Assembly (NCBI GenBank): GCA_013239625.1
Contig: MU053136.1
Span: forward strand, 762,017-826,016
Source: Lama guanicoe
Taxonomy: Eukaryota
DNA: 64,000 nucleotides
Direction of reading: 5' to 3'
This document shows positions 35,860 through 51,652 of this stretch, piece after piece. Numbering within the stretch: the stretch's first letter is position 1; each line of letters opens with the position of its first letter. Position numbers and translations under genes: made by a program. A model generated the notes under the pieces. It was not told where the DNA came from. It saw only the letters and a list, made by a program, of their open reading frames with translations, and did no database searches.

Positions 35860-37700
35860 TTTTTAGATTTAATTTTTATTATTACAAAATAGTGTAAGCA
35901 TTAATTAATACCTGCACCTATGTATCTAACACCCAACTTAAGAAATGCAACAGTATTATTTCAACTGACATCTCCAATATACTGTTCCTAAATCATCAAA
36001 GATTATTACCATCAGGAATTTGGTGTTTATTATTCTCATAAACTCTTTAGTACTTTTATTATGTAGATTTATCCATAAACAATATATAGGACTTTCTGTA
36101 AGTTTTGATACTTTAAACAGAAGATATCATACCACTATTCATATCTTCTGCAACTTATTTTTTTCTGTCATTGTGTTCTTAAAGTTTACCCACGTTAATA
36201 CATGTAGCTTAATTTTGTTCACAGTAGCCATCAAATGGACGGACGGGTGGGTAATTAGCTAGCTAGACAGATAGATGTAGACATGCTGACTAACCATTAT
36301 ATGAACATACTACAGTTCATCCATTCTCCTGTGAATGGACAGATAGGTTCTTTCCAGTTTATCATGATTCAGACAGTAGGGTGATGAAGATTCTTGTACA
36401 GGTCTCCTTTTGTACATGTATGATATTAATGATCTGTATCTGGGAGTGGAATTGTTGGGTCATAGGGCAAATGTGTTTCAGCTTTATCAGATATTTCCCA
36501 AATGGCTCACCAAAATGATTGTACAAATTCACTCTTGCACCAGAAGTGTATGGTCTCCCATTGATCTACAGCTTCACTCTTGGTGTTAGCTGACGTTTTA
36601 ATTTTGGGCAGTATGACGAATGTGAAACTGTATCTCACTGTGGATTTACTTTGCATTTCTCCAATTACTAGTTAAAATGAGCACATTTTGCAGTCAAATG
36701 CTCTACTACTGAGATATACCCCCTAAGAAGAGCATATTTTGTATGTTTATTGGTGATTTAGATTTTCTTTTCCTCTATCCATTTTTTCTACCAAGGTTTC
36801 TTTTGCTTACAAATTTTGAGGAGTTATTTCTATTCTTATTAAAATTTGTGGTTGTCTCTGGTGTTAACATATCTCACAACTGGTGGCTTGTCTTTTGACC
36901 TCCGTAAGGAGTGTATTTGATGTAGAGAAGTCCTTAATTTTACTGTAGTCAGACTTAATACTCTTCCTTTATGATTGTGTTTTTGTGTGTGTATCTTGTT
37001 TAGAGACTTGCTTATCCCAAAGACGTAAGTAAATATGTTTGCAGCGTTTTATTTTGATAGGTTTAAAGTTTTGCTTTTCACATTTAGGTATTTGTTCCTC
37101 TGGAATCCATTTTCGTGTGTGGGATGGGGTAAGGGTCTAATTTTATTCTTCTCCATAGGAAAAAACAGTTGTCTCATCACCATTATTGAATTGTTTCCCC
37201 ACTACATCCTTATGATACCACTGTTAGATCTAGTTCCACATGTCTCTCAGCTCTCCACTCTGTTCTTTCCATCTGTCTATCTTTACTTTCCATCTATTTG
37301 TTTATATTATTAGTTTTATAGTAAGTCTTAATGCTTGAAGAGGCAAGTTTCTCTCACCTTGTTTATCAAAATTCTCTTGGTTCTGCATGCCCTTTTGCTC
37401 TTCCAATTAAATTTAAAAACCAGCTTCTCAATTTGAATAAAAATGCTGTTGGGATTTTGACTGGATTGGAATTATTCATAAAGTATTCGGGGGAAAGTTG
37501 ATATATCTTTTTCTGATATTGAGAATACCTATTCATGAATATTGTATGTTTTTACATTAACTTAGGTCTTCTTTAGTGCCTTGCAATAAAATTTTATAAT
37601 TTTCTATGTGAAGGTATTACATATCTTTTGTTAGATTTATTCCTAGGCATCTTATTTTTTATAGTTGCTATTGCAAATGGTAACATTTGAAAAACTACAG
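35860..37700 (-). mobile_element. Ancient L1 (L1M-type) ORF2/3' remnant
   Basis: T-rich degenerate L1 antisense motifs (gggagtggaattgttgggtcatagg; ttgcatttctccaattacta; ttagatttattcctagg). Confidence 0.65.
36689..36723 (-). pseudogene. Tailless 5'-half tRNA-Cys(GCA) retropseudogene
   Basis: Minus strand GGGGGTATATCTCAGTAGTAGAGCATTTGACTGCA is 33/35 identical to the recalled mammalian tRNA-Cys 5' half and ends at the anticodon. Flanking direct repeat gagcacattttg/gagcatattttg. Confidence 0.8.
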
Positions 37701-39194
37701 TCCCTATATGATGCCTGAGATTTCTTCAAAATAATTTAGGTTGGACTTTAGAATCATGTTTATGTTTTATATATTCAAAGAATAAAATTAAATCAATAAG
37801 AATGTGGGAGCAGGGGAGGAGGCCAAATTAAATACTAACAAATAAAATGAACCAAACTATATTTCAAATAAATAATAAAAACACACTGAATGGGAAGAAA
37901 AGACCTAATTTTGGAAGTTCTATATATATTTTCAGCTTAAAGGCAAAAAGAACCACAAGTAAATATTGATCTTCAAATAGTAGATTGGATTTTTTTTAGT
38001 GCAGTAGGCATAGGAATTATAAAAATATGAAGCATTTAATGATAGAAATAGTTTATAACCAATTGAATAAAATAAGAATCCATGACTCCATTCTTAATAA
38101 AAATTTTTTAAAAGGAGATGGAAATTTCAACTTGTAAATGCAAATGAAGTGATAGAGTTAAAAATCACCATTTGGAACCATCACAGTAATAACTGATTTT
38201 AAAAAGAACTATTTAATAATTCTAAAATTAGTAGGTAAAAGTTTAATGAGGAACAAGACATCCATATAACATCAAAATATCCTCACAAGTTACTTCTTAT
38301 TACAAAGGAAAACATATTAACCGTACAGTAGAAAAACTTGGCAGACTCTACTTTAACCAAGGGTTCTAACTTAACATCACCAACAATGAGATAAACTTGC
38401 ATTCTGTGCCTACTGATGTAATGCCCTGAGAGGGACACTCTTATCACTTCTGTGGCGTTTCTGCCAGAATGCGTAACCTGAATCTGATCATGAGAGCAGG
38501 TCATACAATCCAAATCGAAGGCCACTTTGCAGAATAACTGGCCTATATTCTTCAAAAATGTCCAAAGCATAAGAGATTTTTTAAGTTAAGAAACTATTAT
38601 AGACTAAGTCGGAGTACAGGGACATGAAAAATCAGTGTGATCCTATATTGGATCAGTTGACATGCAGTGGGTAATTCTATGCTCTATTTAACTGTCGAGA
38701 TAATATTATTGATAGTGTTCTAACACCAGAGAGAAAAGCTGAAAAAAAATAAGTAAAAATTATATGAATAAAAAATCAAAGTGATAACTCCAAGAAAAAC
38801 AAAAAATTATTAGTACTAATAATTAACTAAACTGTAAACAATATTCTCATACTAACAATGCAAACACTATTTACTGAAATGTGATTAAAATTATATTAGA
38901 AATATACGGATAGGAAATGGTCAGAAAAGTGGTGTAAAAAAGCTAAATTCTCATTTACCCAAACAGGAAGTTAACTGAGAATGTCTGAAATTAGTAAACC
39001 AAGAATAAGTATGTTATTTAGAAATACAGTGGCAAATACCAGAAGAAACAGCCAAAAGTTGAAAGCATTTGCCTGTAAGGAGCAGCAGTGAAGGTGGGGG
39101 AACTGCTGTTTTTTCCATTGTTAAGCTTTTAAGTCTTAATTGAATTTTTTTACTGTGTATGTGTATACTATTTTGATTTTTAAAACTAAAAATT

Positions 39195-40040
39195 ATTTTT
39201 TATTGAAGTATAGTTGATTTACAATGTTTTGTTAGTTTCTAGTGTACAGCAGAGTGATTGAATTATATATAAAGAGAGAGATATTCTTTTTCATATTCTT
39301 TTCCATTATGGTTTATTATAAAAATACCATATGAGATCGCTCATATGTGGAATCTAAAAACAAACAAACAAACAAAGCATAAATACAAAACAGAAATAGA
39401 CTCATAGACATAGAATACAAACTTGTGGTTGCCAAGGGGGCAGAGGGTGGGAAGGGATAGATGGGATTTCAGAATTGTAGAATAGATGAACAAGATTATA
39501 CTGTACAGAACAGCACAGGATACACAAGACCTCATGGTAGCTCACAGAGAAAAAAATGTGACAATGAATATATATATGTTCATGTATAACTGAAAAATTG
39601 TGCTCTACACTGGAATTTGACACAATATTGTAAAATGATTATAAATCAATAAAAAGTGTTAAAAAAAGATATTGAATATAGTTCCCTGTACTATACGTAA
39701 ATCTTTGTTGTTTATCTATTTTATATACAGTAGTTTGTACCTGCTAGTGTCAAACTCCTAGTGTATCCCTCCCCACACCTTTCCCTTTTGGTAACCATAA
39801 ATTTGTTTTCTGTGACTGTGAGTCTTTCTGTTTTGTAAATACATTCATTTGTATCATATTTTAGATTCTATTATATAAGTAATATCATATAATATTTGTC
39901 TTTCTCTGTCTGACTTACTTCACTTAGTATGATAATCTCGAGGTCCATCCATGTTGCTGCAAATGGCAATATTTCATTTTTTATGGCTGAGTAATATTCC
40001 ATTGCGAGTGCACACTTGCACCCGCACGCATGTGTGTATA

Positions 40041-40075
<35 letters not shown>

Positions 40076-40755
40076 ATGTCATCTTTATCCATTCATTTGT
40101 CAGTGGACATTTAGGTTGCTCCCATGTCTTGGTTATTGTGAATAGTGCTGCTGTGAACATTGTGGTGCAAGTATCTTTTCGAATTAAACTTTTCATATTT
40201 TCTGGATATACGCCCAGGAGTAGGATTGCTGAATCATACTGAAACTCTATTTTTAGTTTTTAAGGAATCTCCATATGTTTTCCATAGTGGCTGCACCAAT
40301 TTGCATTCCTACCAACAGTGTAGGAGGATGCCTTTTCTCCACACCATCTCCAGCATCTATCATTTGTGGACTTTTTAATGATGGCTGTTCTGAGTGGTGT
40401 AAGGTAATACATCATTATAGTTTTGATTTACATTTCTCTGATAATTAGCAACATTGAGCATCTTTTCATGTGTCTATTGGCCATCTCTATGTCTTCTTTG
40501 GAGAAATGTCTGTTTAAATCTTCTGCCCATTTTTAATTGGGTTGTTTGGTTTTTTGTTATTGAGTTGTACGCACTGTTTGTATATTCTGGAAATTAAGCT
40601 CTTATTGGTTGCATCATTTGCAAATATTTTCTCCCAGTCCCTCAGTTGTCTTTTCATTTTGTTGATGGCTCCTTTGCTATGCAAAAGTGTGTACATTTGA
40701 TTAGATACCATTTGTTTATCTTTGCTCTTATTTCTATTGCCTTGGAAGACAATTC
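39195..40755 (-). mobile_element. L1 3' portion containing a nested younger, opposite-strand L1 3' end (~39320-39667) and a (CA)n tract (40043-40074)
   Basis: ORFs 39871..40092 and 40514..40840 resemble the ORF2 C-terminus. The nested piece matches the 3'UTR at 16170-16510. Confidence 0.85.
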
Positions 40756-41256
40756 TTTTTAAGTAAAGAAGAAATACATTCAAAAACAGTTGGCAAATAG
40801 GGAGGAGAATACAAAATAAAACATTTTTTGAAATTACCAAAGTACACCCATTTCAAGTAAAGATAAACAGACCCACCCACGTATTTCTTAATGATCCCTG
40901 AGCAATAATAGTTCATCATATCACAGAACAGCTATTAATTTACATAAAGAAATTATATCAAAACAAATTAAATTGTTTTTGGTCTACTCTGTTTAATAAG
41001 ACAAGGAAGAATGATGCATTTTGAAAATACTGTCATCAAAAAATGTTTAAAATAGTAAAGATTCATCACCTAAAGGAATAAACTTTGGATATAAATATAA
41101 ACATGCTGGTTCTCTGATGATGCCAGATAAATGAGTTTAGGCAATAAAGCTTATTGTTGCTAAAAGTACAGATTATAAATAAAGATTACCGTAACACTAA
41201 CAATCAATTTCAGATTTTTGCCTTCGTCATTTCAAGAGCCACCAAGCCAGTTTTCT

Positions 41257-41473
41257 TTAGACTGCCTGGGCTGGTTTGGGCCAGGGTCTAGTCAATATAT
41301 AGTCTGCCAGGATGTAGGTAAATAAGATAGAGGGATGAAGCAAAATTGAGCATCCCAGCCTGCTGAATATCAAGTGCGGGGATGCACAGATGTCAGAGCG
41401 TGTTTCATGCAGTCTGTGACCAGGCTCATGTTCGGGCTAATTTGCGACAGCCCTTTTCTTGTGGTTTCAAAAT
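41257..41473 (-). CDS. HSD17B6: HSD17B6 last coding exon, disrupted by a nonsense codon and a frameshift
   Basis: tatacag|AT TTT GAA...[36 protein letters not shown][-1]LADYILTRPWPKPAQAV-TAA (41259-41257). 217 nt, one short of keeping the frame. Confidence 0.9.
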
Positions 41474-41594
41474 CTGTATACAAAAAGATAAATTGCAGTC
41501 AGCAATTTTATTCCTTGTATTTTAAGATCCTATTGCACTCAGCCACAGAAGTCTAACTATATGTAATTTCCACAAGCATTAGGCCGATCAGACC

Positions 41595-42570
41595 CATACT
41601 TCCCAATATAACAGTCACTAGCCACATGGAGGTGTTAAGCACTTAAAATACAACTAGTATGACTGAAAATTGAACTTTTAAATTTTAATTAATTTTAATT
41701 TTAAAACTCAATTCTGTTATTGGAAAACTTTTAAGTATCTTTGGAACAATATAGGTATGTTAATCTACTTTTTCAATTGGAAATTTTTTAACGTCTCCAT
41801 TGAGACATAATTCATACATCATAAAAATCATCCATTTAAAGTGTACAAATCAATGACTTTAAGTATAATCCGAGTTTTGCAGCCATCACCACAAACTAGA
41901 GAACATTTTCATCATCCCAAAAGGAAACCCTGTACCCATGAATAGTCACTCCCATTTCCGGCCAACCCACCCAGCCCTAGGCAACCACTAATCTATTTTC
42001 TGTCTCTATGGATTGCCTTTTATGGACATTTCATAGAAATAGAATCATACATTGTGGTCTTTTGTGACTGGCTTCTTTCACGGAGCAAACTGTTCTCAAG
42101 GTTCATCCATGTTGCAGCGTATATCAGTACTTCACTTCTTTTTATTGCCGAGTAATATTCCATTGTACGGCTATACCACACTTTGTTCACCCATTCAACA
42201 TTTAATGAACATTTAAGCTGTTTCCACTTTGGGGCTATTATGAAATAATGCTGCTGGCAACTACAAATTTTATTCATCTAAATATAGATGAAGTATGTCC
42301 TGGGAAAGTTTAGCATCCAAGTTGAGGTGTGCTGTAAGTGTAAAACACATACCAATTTTCAAAGACCTAAGGGAAAAAATACGTTAAATATCTTATTAAT
42401 AAATTTTATGTTGATAATAAATGAAGAAATGGCAGTATTTGAGGGTATATTGGTTTTAAATGAAATATATTATTACAATTAATTTTACCTGTTTCTTTTC
42501 CTCTTTTTAAAAGTAGCTATTAGAAAATTTATTGTATATATAGCTCTTAGATATCTATTGGACAGCACTG
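41595..42570. mobile_element. MER3/MER33-like hAT-Charlie element interrupted by an L1M 3' fragment (~41790-42255, minus)
   Basis: cccaatataacagtcactagccacatg...ctattggacagcactg termini; internal L1 ORF 42020..42277. Confidence 0.55.
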
Positions 42571-43805
42571 ACCTACTGACCTAGACTATTCTGATCCATG
42601 GACAAATAAATGAATAATGTCAACTCCTTTTAAATCATGAAATAAATACATCCCTCCTCTTACATATAGTCACTTCTTAGTAAATTCTATTTTGCTTTGA
42701 TTTCTGTTGTAAACTATATGTACCCATAAGGGGAAACAAATTCCCTCTTAGTTTAAAACTTTAGATGGGGAGGAGCTTAGAACAATGACTGGCCTCCTGG
42801 CATGGTAGGAACCATAGTTCCCTAGCTTGAGTTCTGAGAAGCTCGCACAGTTTTTTGTCAGACTTTCCTTGATCCAATTTCCCTCCCCCTGTTGGTGGTG
42901 ACCCTCTTAGGCCTGATGAACCCAGAAGACAGGGTTGTAGGTCGGAAATCTTCTGTCTGCGCATTGCCCTTCACCTTTCCTCTGTACTAAGACATCGTCC
43001 AAGGCCAGGGACAGGGCTACTGCTACCCACCCCACGGCCTTTTTGTGAAATGGAAAGGAGAGCTGCTCCCTTTGGCCTTGGCAAGCTGCTGACTTCTTTG
43101 TTTGGGAAAAAAAGCATCCCTTCCCCCAGGAAGGTGCCCCACACCAGTGTGCATGACTTACTTCTACTAGGAAGATTGCCTTCCATCCACCCCCAAAACT
43201 GCCTCCTCCTCCAGGTCATCAGAATGATATTCTTACACAAAATTGAACCATCTCACTCTTACAAGCCTGCTGTGGCCTGCACATGAGGTCCAGCCTCTGG
43301 GAATGGTCAATAGGGCCCTGCAAATCTGGTCCTCACTCACTCACCTCTGCCCACCTACATACACCCTGCGCCCCCTCACAATGAAACATGGAGTTTGTGG
43401 CCAGGCCCTGTTACCAAAAGAGTATGTGACATTGAAGGCTGCACTTTAGCTGAGCAGGCCTCCCACACCAGCCTGGCAAAACAATGAAGAGGCACGTCCC
43501 TCTCAAGACCCAGAGACTCCATGCCTCTAACCGTGTAATACCTCCCTGTGCTAGGCGGCCAGGCCCACAGGTGACAAGGCAGGGCAGGCCCTGGCCCTAG
43601 GCTGCCTGTATAGTCTCTTCCCCAGCCGCAGCAGCCATCACCAAGTCAGCCATGAGGGCAGTGGGACATTTCTGAGCCCCTCCTATCTTGGGAAGGCTCT
43701 GTTTAAGGAGCTTTATTCTCAGAGGATCTGCCAATCAATCCACACCAACCCTCTTTGCCCTTCTCATGCGAGGCTTTCCATGATCCCCTCAAAAGAAAAA
43801 CTCAC

Positions 43806-43969
43806 AGGGATCAAAAAACTTCTGTCCATAGGTCTCCTTGATATGAGGAGGGACTTCTTTCCAGACTTGCTTCATTGTCTCTGAGGCCTTCTGCAGATCT
43901 GTCATTTCTGTTCTGAAGTAGCCAGGTTCAACTATGCTGACTTTCACCCCAAAATGCTGAAGCTCACGC
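43806..43969 (-). CDS. HSD17B6: HSD17B6 third coding exon
   Basis: ttttccctag|G CGT GAG CTT...GAT CCC T|gtgagt; 164 nt; RELQHFGVKVSIVEPGYFRTEMTDLQKASETMKQVWKEVPPHIKETYGQKFFDP (translated by hand). Confidence 0.92.
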
Positions 43970-44964
43970 CTAGGGAAAAACCCTCAAGTTAATGCCTCTG
44001 ATTGGAAGATACCATAATTTCAATGTTCTCAGGGAGGAAACAAAACAAAACATAGTTATGAAAAACACATTTACCGAGTATTTTAAGGAGAGGAAAAAAA
44101 GAAATTTTAAACATCCCTAGATGCAACAGCCGGGACATGATTATACAAACTACCAGAACCATTCAACAGTTCTCAACACATCCACTCTTCTGAGTTATTA
44201 AGTACCTACCATGTGCTAGACACTGCAAACATGACGAATATGAGGAATAATAATGAAAATCAGCATTTTTATGGTATCTACTGTGCTACATGCTCAATCT
44301 CAGTAAATTAAGACTCTGCTCCCCACCTCAGAAAGCTCACAGTGAGTGAGTACGTCTAACAAGTAAGCAAATAGTTGCAATACAATTCAAAAGAAGTCTA
44401 AAGGAGAGGTATTCAGAGGGCTACATAAGTAGAGCGGGGGATGCAGACTTTCTGAGGGAGTCAGAATAGGCTTCAGTGAAGAGAAAATGTTGCAGTTGAG
44501 CCTTGAAGAATAAGGAAGGACTTTCCCCACGAAGAAAGAGGAGGAGTGGAATATCAGGCAATGGAAACTGCACACACAGAAGCAGGGGGCTGTGAAAAAT
44601 TACAGTGTGTTCAAAGACTGCAAGAGACCATTAATGGAATAGGATGTGGGCCTTAAAATTACAAGTCATTGGTCATTCCGGAATATTCAAGGCAGTTCAA
44701 AAAACAGTTCCAAAAATACTTATCAGAGGTTGTGCATGTCCCAGGCACTGTGCTAAGTGCCGCTTTTGCCAAGTGAAGTAAGATGATCTTGTGCACCATG
44801 TTAGACGCATACTGTAGGCACTCCAGGGAAAGCGATGAGGCTCCCTAAACTAGAAGTTCAAGCAGCCTTGCTAGGGAAGATGAGCCCAAGCTGATGTCAA
44901 AGAGAAATGTTTGGAATAATGGTCCGTAAGAATGTAAAACACAAAGCATCGTGACCCTCTAAAG

Positions 44965-45145
44965 CAATGAATGGTTCTCAGAGTGTAGACTCAGGATAAC
45001 AGTATTAGCATCTGGGGGCTTGTTAGAGATGCACATTATTGGGCCCCAGTCCAAATCGGAAACGCTCCAGATGAGAACCAACAGTCTGTTTGAACAAGCC
45101 CTCCAGGTGGCTGTGAGGCGTGCCAAAAGTAAAAAACCCCCGTTC
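44965..45145. mobile_element. MER5A-like hAT-Charlie element
   Basis: ggttctcagagtgt...gcttgttagagatgcacattattgggcccc...tttgaacaagccctccaggtg. Confidence 0.65.
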
Positions 45146-45679
45146 CAAAGGAAAGTCCTCCCTCACTGAACCAAAACATAAAACCCTCCAATTTAGAGCT
45201 TCAGAAAATGATTCTCCAGGTGTTTGAGTGTGCTGGGGAAGGGGAGGGGCTGTGCAAGCCAGGGGCGCTTCTGCCCTCTACATTCCCTTCCCCTTGCAGC
45301 TTGCTCACAGATTCCCAGCACATCACAACATCTCCATCCCCTGTCAAACTCCAACTCAGATGTGGGACAAAACTTCCTGTTTCTGTTGATCCCTAGCACA
45401 ATTAAGGCAAATTGGAACTTTGTAAAGGAATTAGTGATTTGAATGCTGGAAGAACATATCTTTGCTCTTGGTCTGGGAATGAGTCAAGGAGTCCAAGAGT
45501 CGTGAGTGGTGGTAAGTCAGCAGGGAGAAGCCCCATGGAGGCAGACAGGATGTCGGGCAGACAGGGAGCCAGGCAAGGTGCCTCCCACATAGTAACAACT
45601 TATGCAGTGTCCTCGGTTATTTCTTCCTAAGCAGATAATGTACTTTGCACGTTGTAATTGATACATACCAGTCATGGTA

Positions 45680-46177
45680 TGTGGTAGTAAATAATGGCTC
45701 CCAAAGATATCAGGTCCTAATACCTGGAACCTGTAAATATTTGTTACTGTAGGTGGCAAAGACTTTGCAGGTGTGACTGAGTTAAGGATCCTGAGATAGG
45801 GAGATTGTGCTAGATTACCTGGGCATGCCTTGAATGCAATCACAACTATCTTTACAAGAGAGGCAGAGGTAGATTTGAAGGCCAGCAGAGGAAGAGAAGA
45901 CAATATGATCACGGAGGCAGAGATTAGAGTGATTTTCCACAAGCCAAGGAATGCTGGCGGCCACCAGAAGCTGGAAGAGGCAAGTAATGAATTCTCTCCT
46001 AGAGCCTTCAGAAGGAACATGGCCCTGACAACAACTGACATTGGCCCAATGATACTGATTTCAGACTTCTAGCCTCCAGAGCTGCGAGAGAATAAGTATG
46101 TGGTGTTTTAAGACACCATACACCAGACATAAATTACTTCTGGTAATTTACTGTGGCAGCCATAGGAAGCTTATACG
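45680..46177 (+). mobile_element. MaLR (MLT1-type) solo LTR
   Basis: tgtggtagtaaataatggctcccaaagatatcaggtcctaat...ccaagaaatgc-like motif, gaagctggaagaggcaag...ggtaatttactgtggcagccatagg. Confidence 0.75.
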
Positions 46178-47146
46178 TGGTGCCTGTAATATTTACAGCT
46201 CATTTCCAAATGGAATTGCCCTAAGGTCAGCCTCTGCTAAAGGGGAGTTTGTGCAGCACCCTAATGTCTACAGCTGACTAGACTGGGAAGGGTGCTTGAT
46301 GGGAGGAGCGCCCCTCCCAGGCCTGGACAGTGATTAATTACAGTGTTATTACCTATATGGCTGTGACAAATTACTGAACCTCTGTGCCTCGGTTTCCCTA
46401 GACATACAATAAGGATAAAAATAATTCCTTCCTCACTGGGTTGCTATGAAAATTAAATGATTTAATAGATGTAAAGTACTCACAACAGTGCCTGACACAT
46501 AGTAAGTGCAAAATATATCACATGATGTGGTGTCACCTGGCATACACAAAAAAATGAACTCAGATAATAGGATTCTCTCTCTCAGAAACTGAATATAAAG
46601 GGAAATAAAAAAAAAAAGCAGCTGATAGACATGAAGCTGAAATGATGTATTAAAAAAATCCAGGAGGTAGAGGCAGGGCCATTAAGGGTTGTGGCAAACT
46701 GAAGTTACAAGAAAGAAAAGAAGCTGTTAGATAAAGAAAAGATACAAAAAGTAAAGCAAAGGAATAAGTTAGTTGGAAGCAGATAAGCACCAGAAAGAGT
46801 CGCCATGAAGAAACAAAGACAAGTGGAGGGAAGAAGACAGTCATCCTCTCTTCAGAAATGAAATTGTATCAAGGGTAAATCTTGAACTAAAGTGTGATTT
46901 GGTGACAGGAGACAAAGACCGGGGACAAAACACAGGTCTGCCAAGTCCTGATTGTGGCAGGTGAACGTTGATAAAGATACTAAAATCTGAGGCTCAGTTT
47001 CGTATATAAAATAGACCAGTAACAATATCTACAGATCGGATTTTGAGGGTGATGAAATAAGATAACGTAGGTGAAAGTGACGAGCATGGTATCGGAGACA
47101 TGTTTAAGTGCTCAGTCGTTGCTTCTGTTTTAACTTAAGAGTGTTA

Positions 47147-49600
<2,454 letters not shown>

Positions 49601-50316
49601 AATTTTTGTCACTGAAGGGATGGTAGCATACTCCCCTGAGAGAAGGGCCAAGGAGAAAAGCAGGTGTGGTGAAGAGAAGATAAAAAGACAGAGAGAGTCC
49701 TCCTTTACATTTTATGAATTTGAGGTTCCAGCAGAATTTGCAGATGAGAAAGCCAGCAAGTGGTTAGGAATTCAGGTGTGAAGAACAAGAAATAACATAG
49801 AAATCAAGATCATAAAGGTAATGGATAAAACTGTAGGTAGGTGGGGTCCATTCAGCATTGGTTGAGCCCGTAACATGTACCAGGCAAGATGTCAGAAACT
49901 GGAGTTACAGTAATGGGTAAGAGAGGTCTGTGTCCTCAGGGAGCACACGCTCTAACTGATGGGAAAATAATGACAACAACAACACTGTAGAAATATACTG
50001 CTCCGAACAGCACAGCACAGAGGCTGTGACTACCCGTAACTCCTGGTTCTGCCTGGGGGAGTCAAGAATGTCCTCAGGTAGGAGTAATAGTTTAAAGTCA
50101 ATTTTCAACTTTAAAGTACATTTAAAAAAAAATTAAACATTCTGCAACCCAAGCAAAATAATTTTATTGCCGGTTTGCAACTCCTAGGATAAATAGACAT
50201 TGAGGAGGTCCAATTAATAAGATCTATTAAATTATAAAACAAGAGGGAGGAACAAGAAAGAGGTTAAAGAGGATTTGGATAATATCCAAAGAAAATGCAA
50301 CTTAGAAAAAAAGATT

Positions 50317-50945
50317 GCTCATAATTGCCAAAAATTGAAAACAACCAAGGTATCCTTCAATATGTGAATGAAGAAATAAACTGTGGTAACTACAATAGAA
50401 TATTATTGAGCAATAAAAAGAAATGAGCTGTTAAGCTACAGAAAGACATGGAGGGACCTTAAATGCATATTGTTAAATGAAAGAAGCCAGTCCAGAAGGC
50501 CATACCCAGCATGATTCCAACTATATGACATCTGGTGAAAAACAAAACTACAGAAACAGTAAAAAGCTGAGGAGTTCCCAGGTTTGGGGGAAGGTGGTGA
50601 CGGAGGAAGAGATGACTAGATGGCTCACAGAGGATTTTTAGGGCAGTGAAATTATTCTACATTATGCTATTAATGGTAGATATGCAATAATTTCTATTTG
50701 GCAAAACCCATAGAACTGTGTAACACAGTGTGGATCCTAATGTAAATTACAGACTTCAGTTAATGATAATGCATCAATATTGGGTCATCAAATATAATAA
50801 ATGTGGCACGCCAATGCAAGACGTTAATAATAGGAGAAACTATAAGATGGGGGTTGTATATGGGAACTCCATACTTTCCAATTTTTCTATAAACCTGTAA
50901 CAGCTCTAAGAAATGAACTCTATTAATTAGAAAATAAAAACTTTT
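50317..50945 (+). mobile_element. L1M 3' end
   Basis: cataattgccaaaaattgaaaacaacc...gacatggagggaccttaaatgcatattg; A-rich end. Confidence 0.7.
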
Positions 50946-51339
50946 TTTTTTAAAAAAAGAAGAGGACCAAAGGCTGACTTTAGTGAATGTCTATATTTTA
51001 GATGGTAGCCAAGGGAAGAAGAATCAGTTTCTAAAGAACACCCTGAAAATTCTTCAAGCAAAGAATTGTGGTTGTAAACATTCTACTTGCAAGGGGGGAT
51101 AACAGCATCAAATCCATTGGGTTCATTTTTCAACGTGAAATTGTTAAGAAAATGAAACACCACAAAAGATCAAGACTGCCTTTCAAATGACAAAGCCAGC
51201 ATTTAAGCCCTGCTTTTGAAATTTTATATATATATAAAATATGTGATATATTACATATATATATTATATATTTGATATATATATATAACTTTAACATCTT
51301 CATGCCTAAGTAATGAAAGAAGAAAATAATTCTCTCTAC

Positions 51340-51652
51340 CTCTGTCCCCCACACGCTCTTTCACCCACTGGGTGGCCGCAGCGATGCTCTGTGTGTTGGT
51401 GACATCCAGGATCACCGTCTCCACCCTATCTGACGTCTGGCCCTTCAGCTTCTGGGCCCCCTTCTCCGTCAGACACGCAGCCAGCACCCTGAGTCCTCGC
51501 AGGTCCAGCTGCCTGGCCAGCAGGTTCCCGAAGCCCGAGTCACAGCCCGTGATGAATACGTACTTGTCCTGGAGGTGGCTCACCACCTGTCTCTCCCGGT
51601 ACCAGCGCAGGAGGTGGTACAGGCCCACCAGGGCCGCCGGGCACAGCCACGT
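51340..51652 (-). CDS. HSD17B6: HSD17B6 first coding exon (N-terminal anchor and TGxxxGxG Rossmann motif); start codon reads ACG
   Basis: Acceptor ttctttttcttttgaaAG (AG at 51673-51672), 19-nt 5'UTR, then ctcacc-ACG TGG CTG...GAC AGA G|gtagag. 313 nt coding; overlaps ORF 51251..51628. Confidence 0.92.

Noticed and set aside
45517..46041. 174-aa ORF
   Set aside because: Antisense to a MaLR LTR; no recognisable domain.
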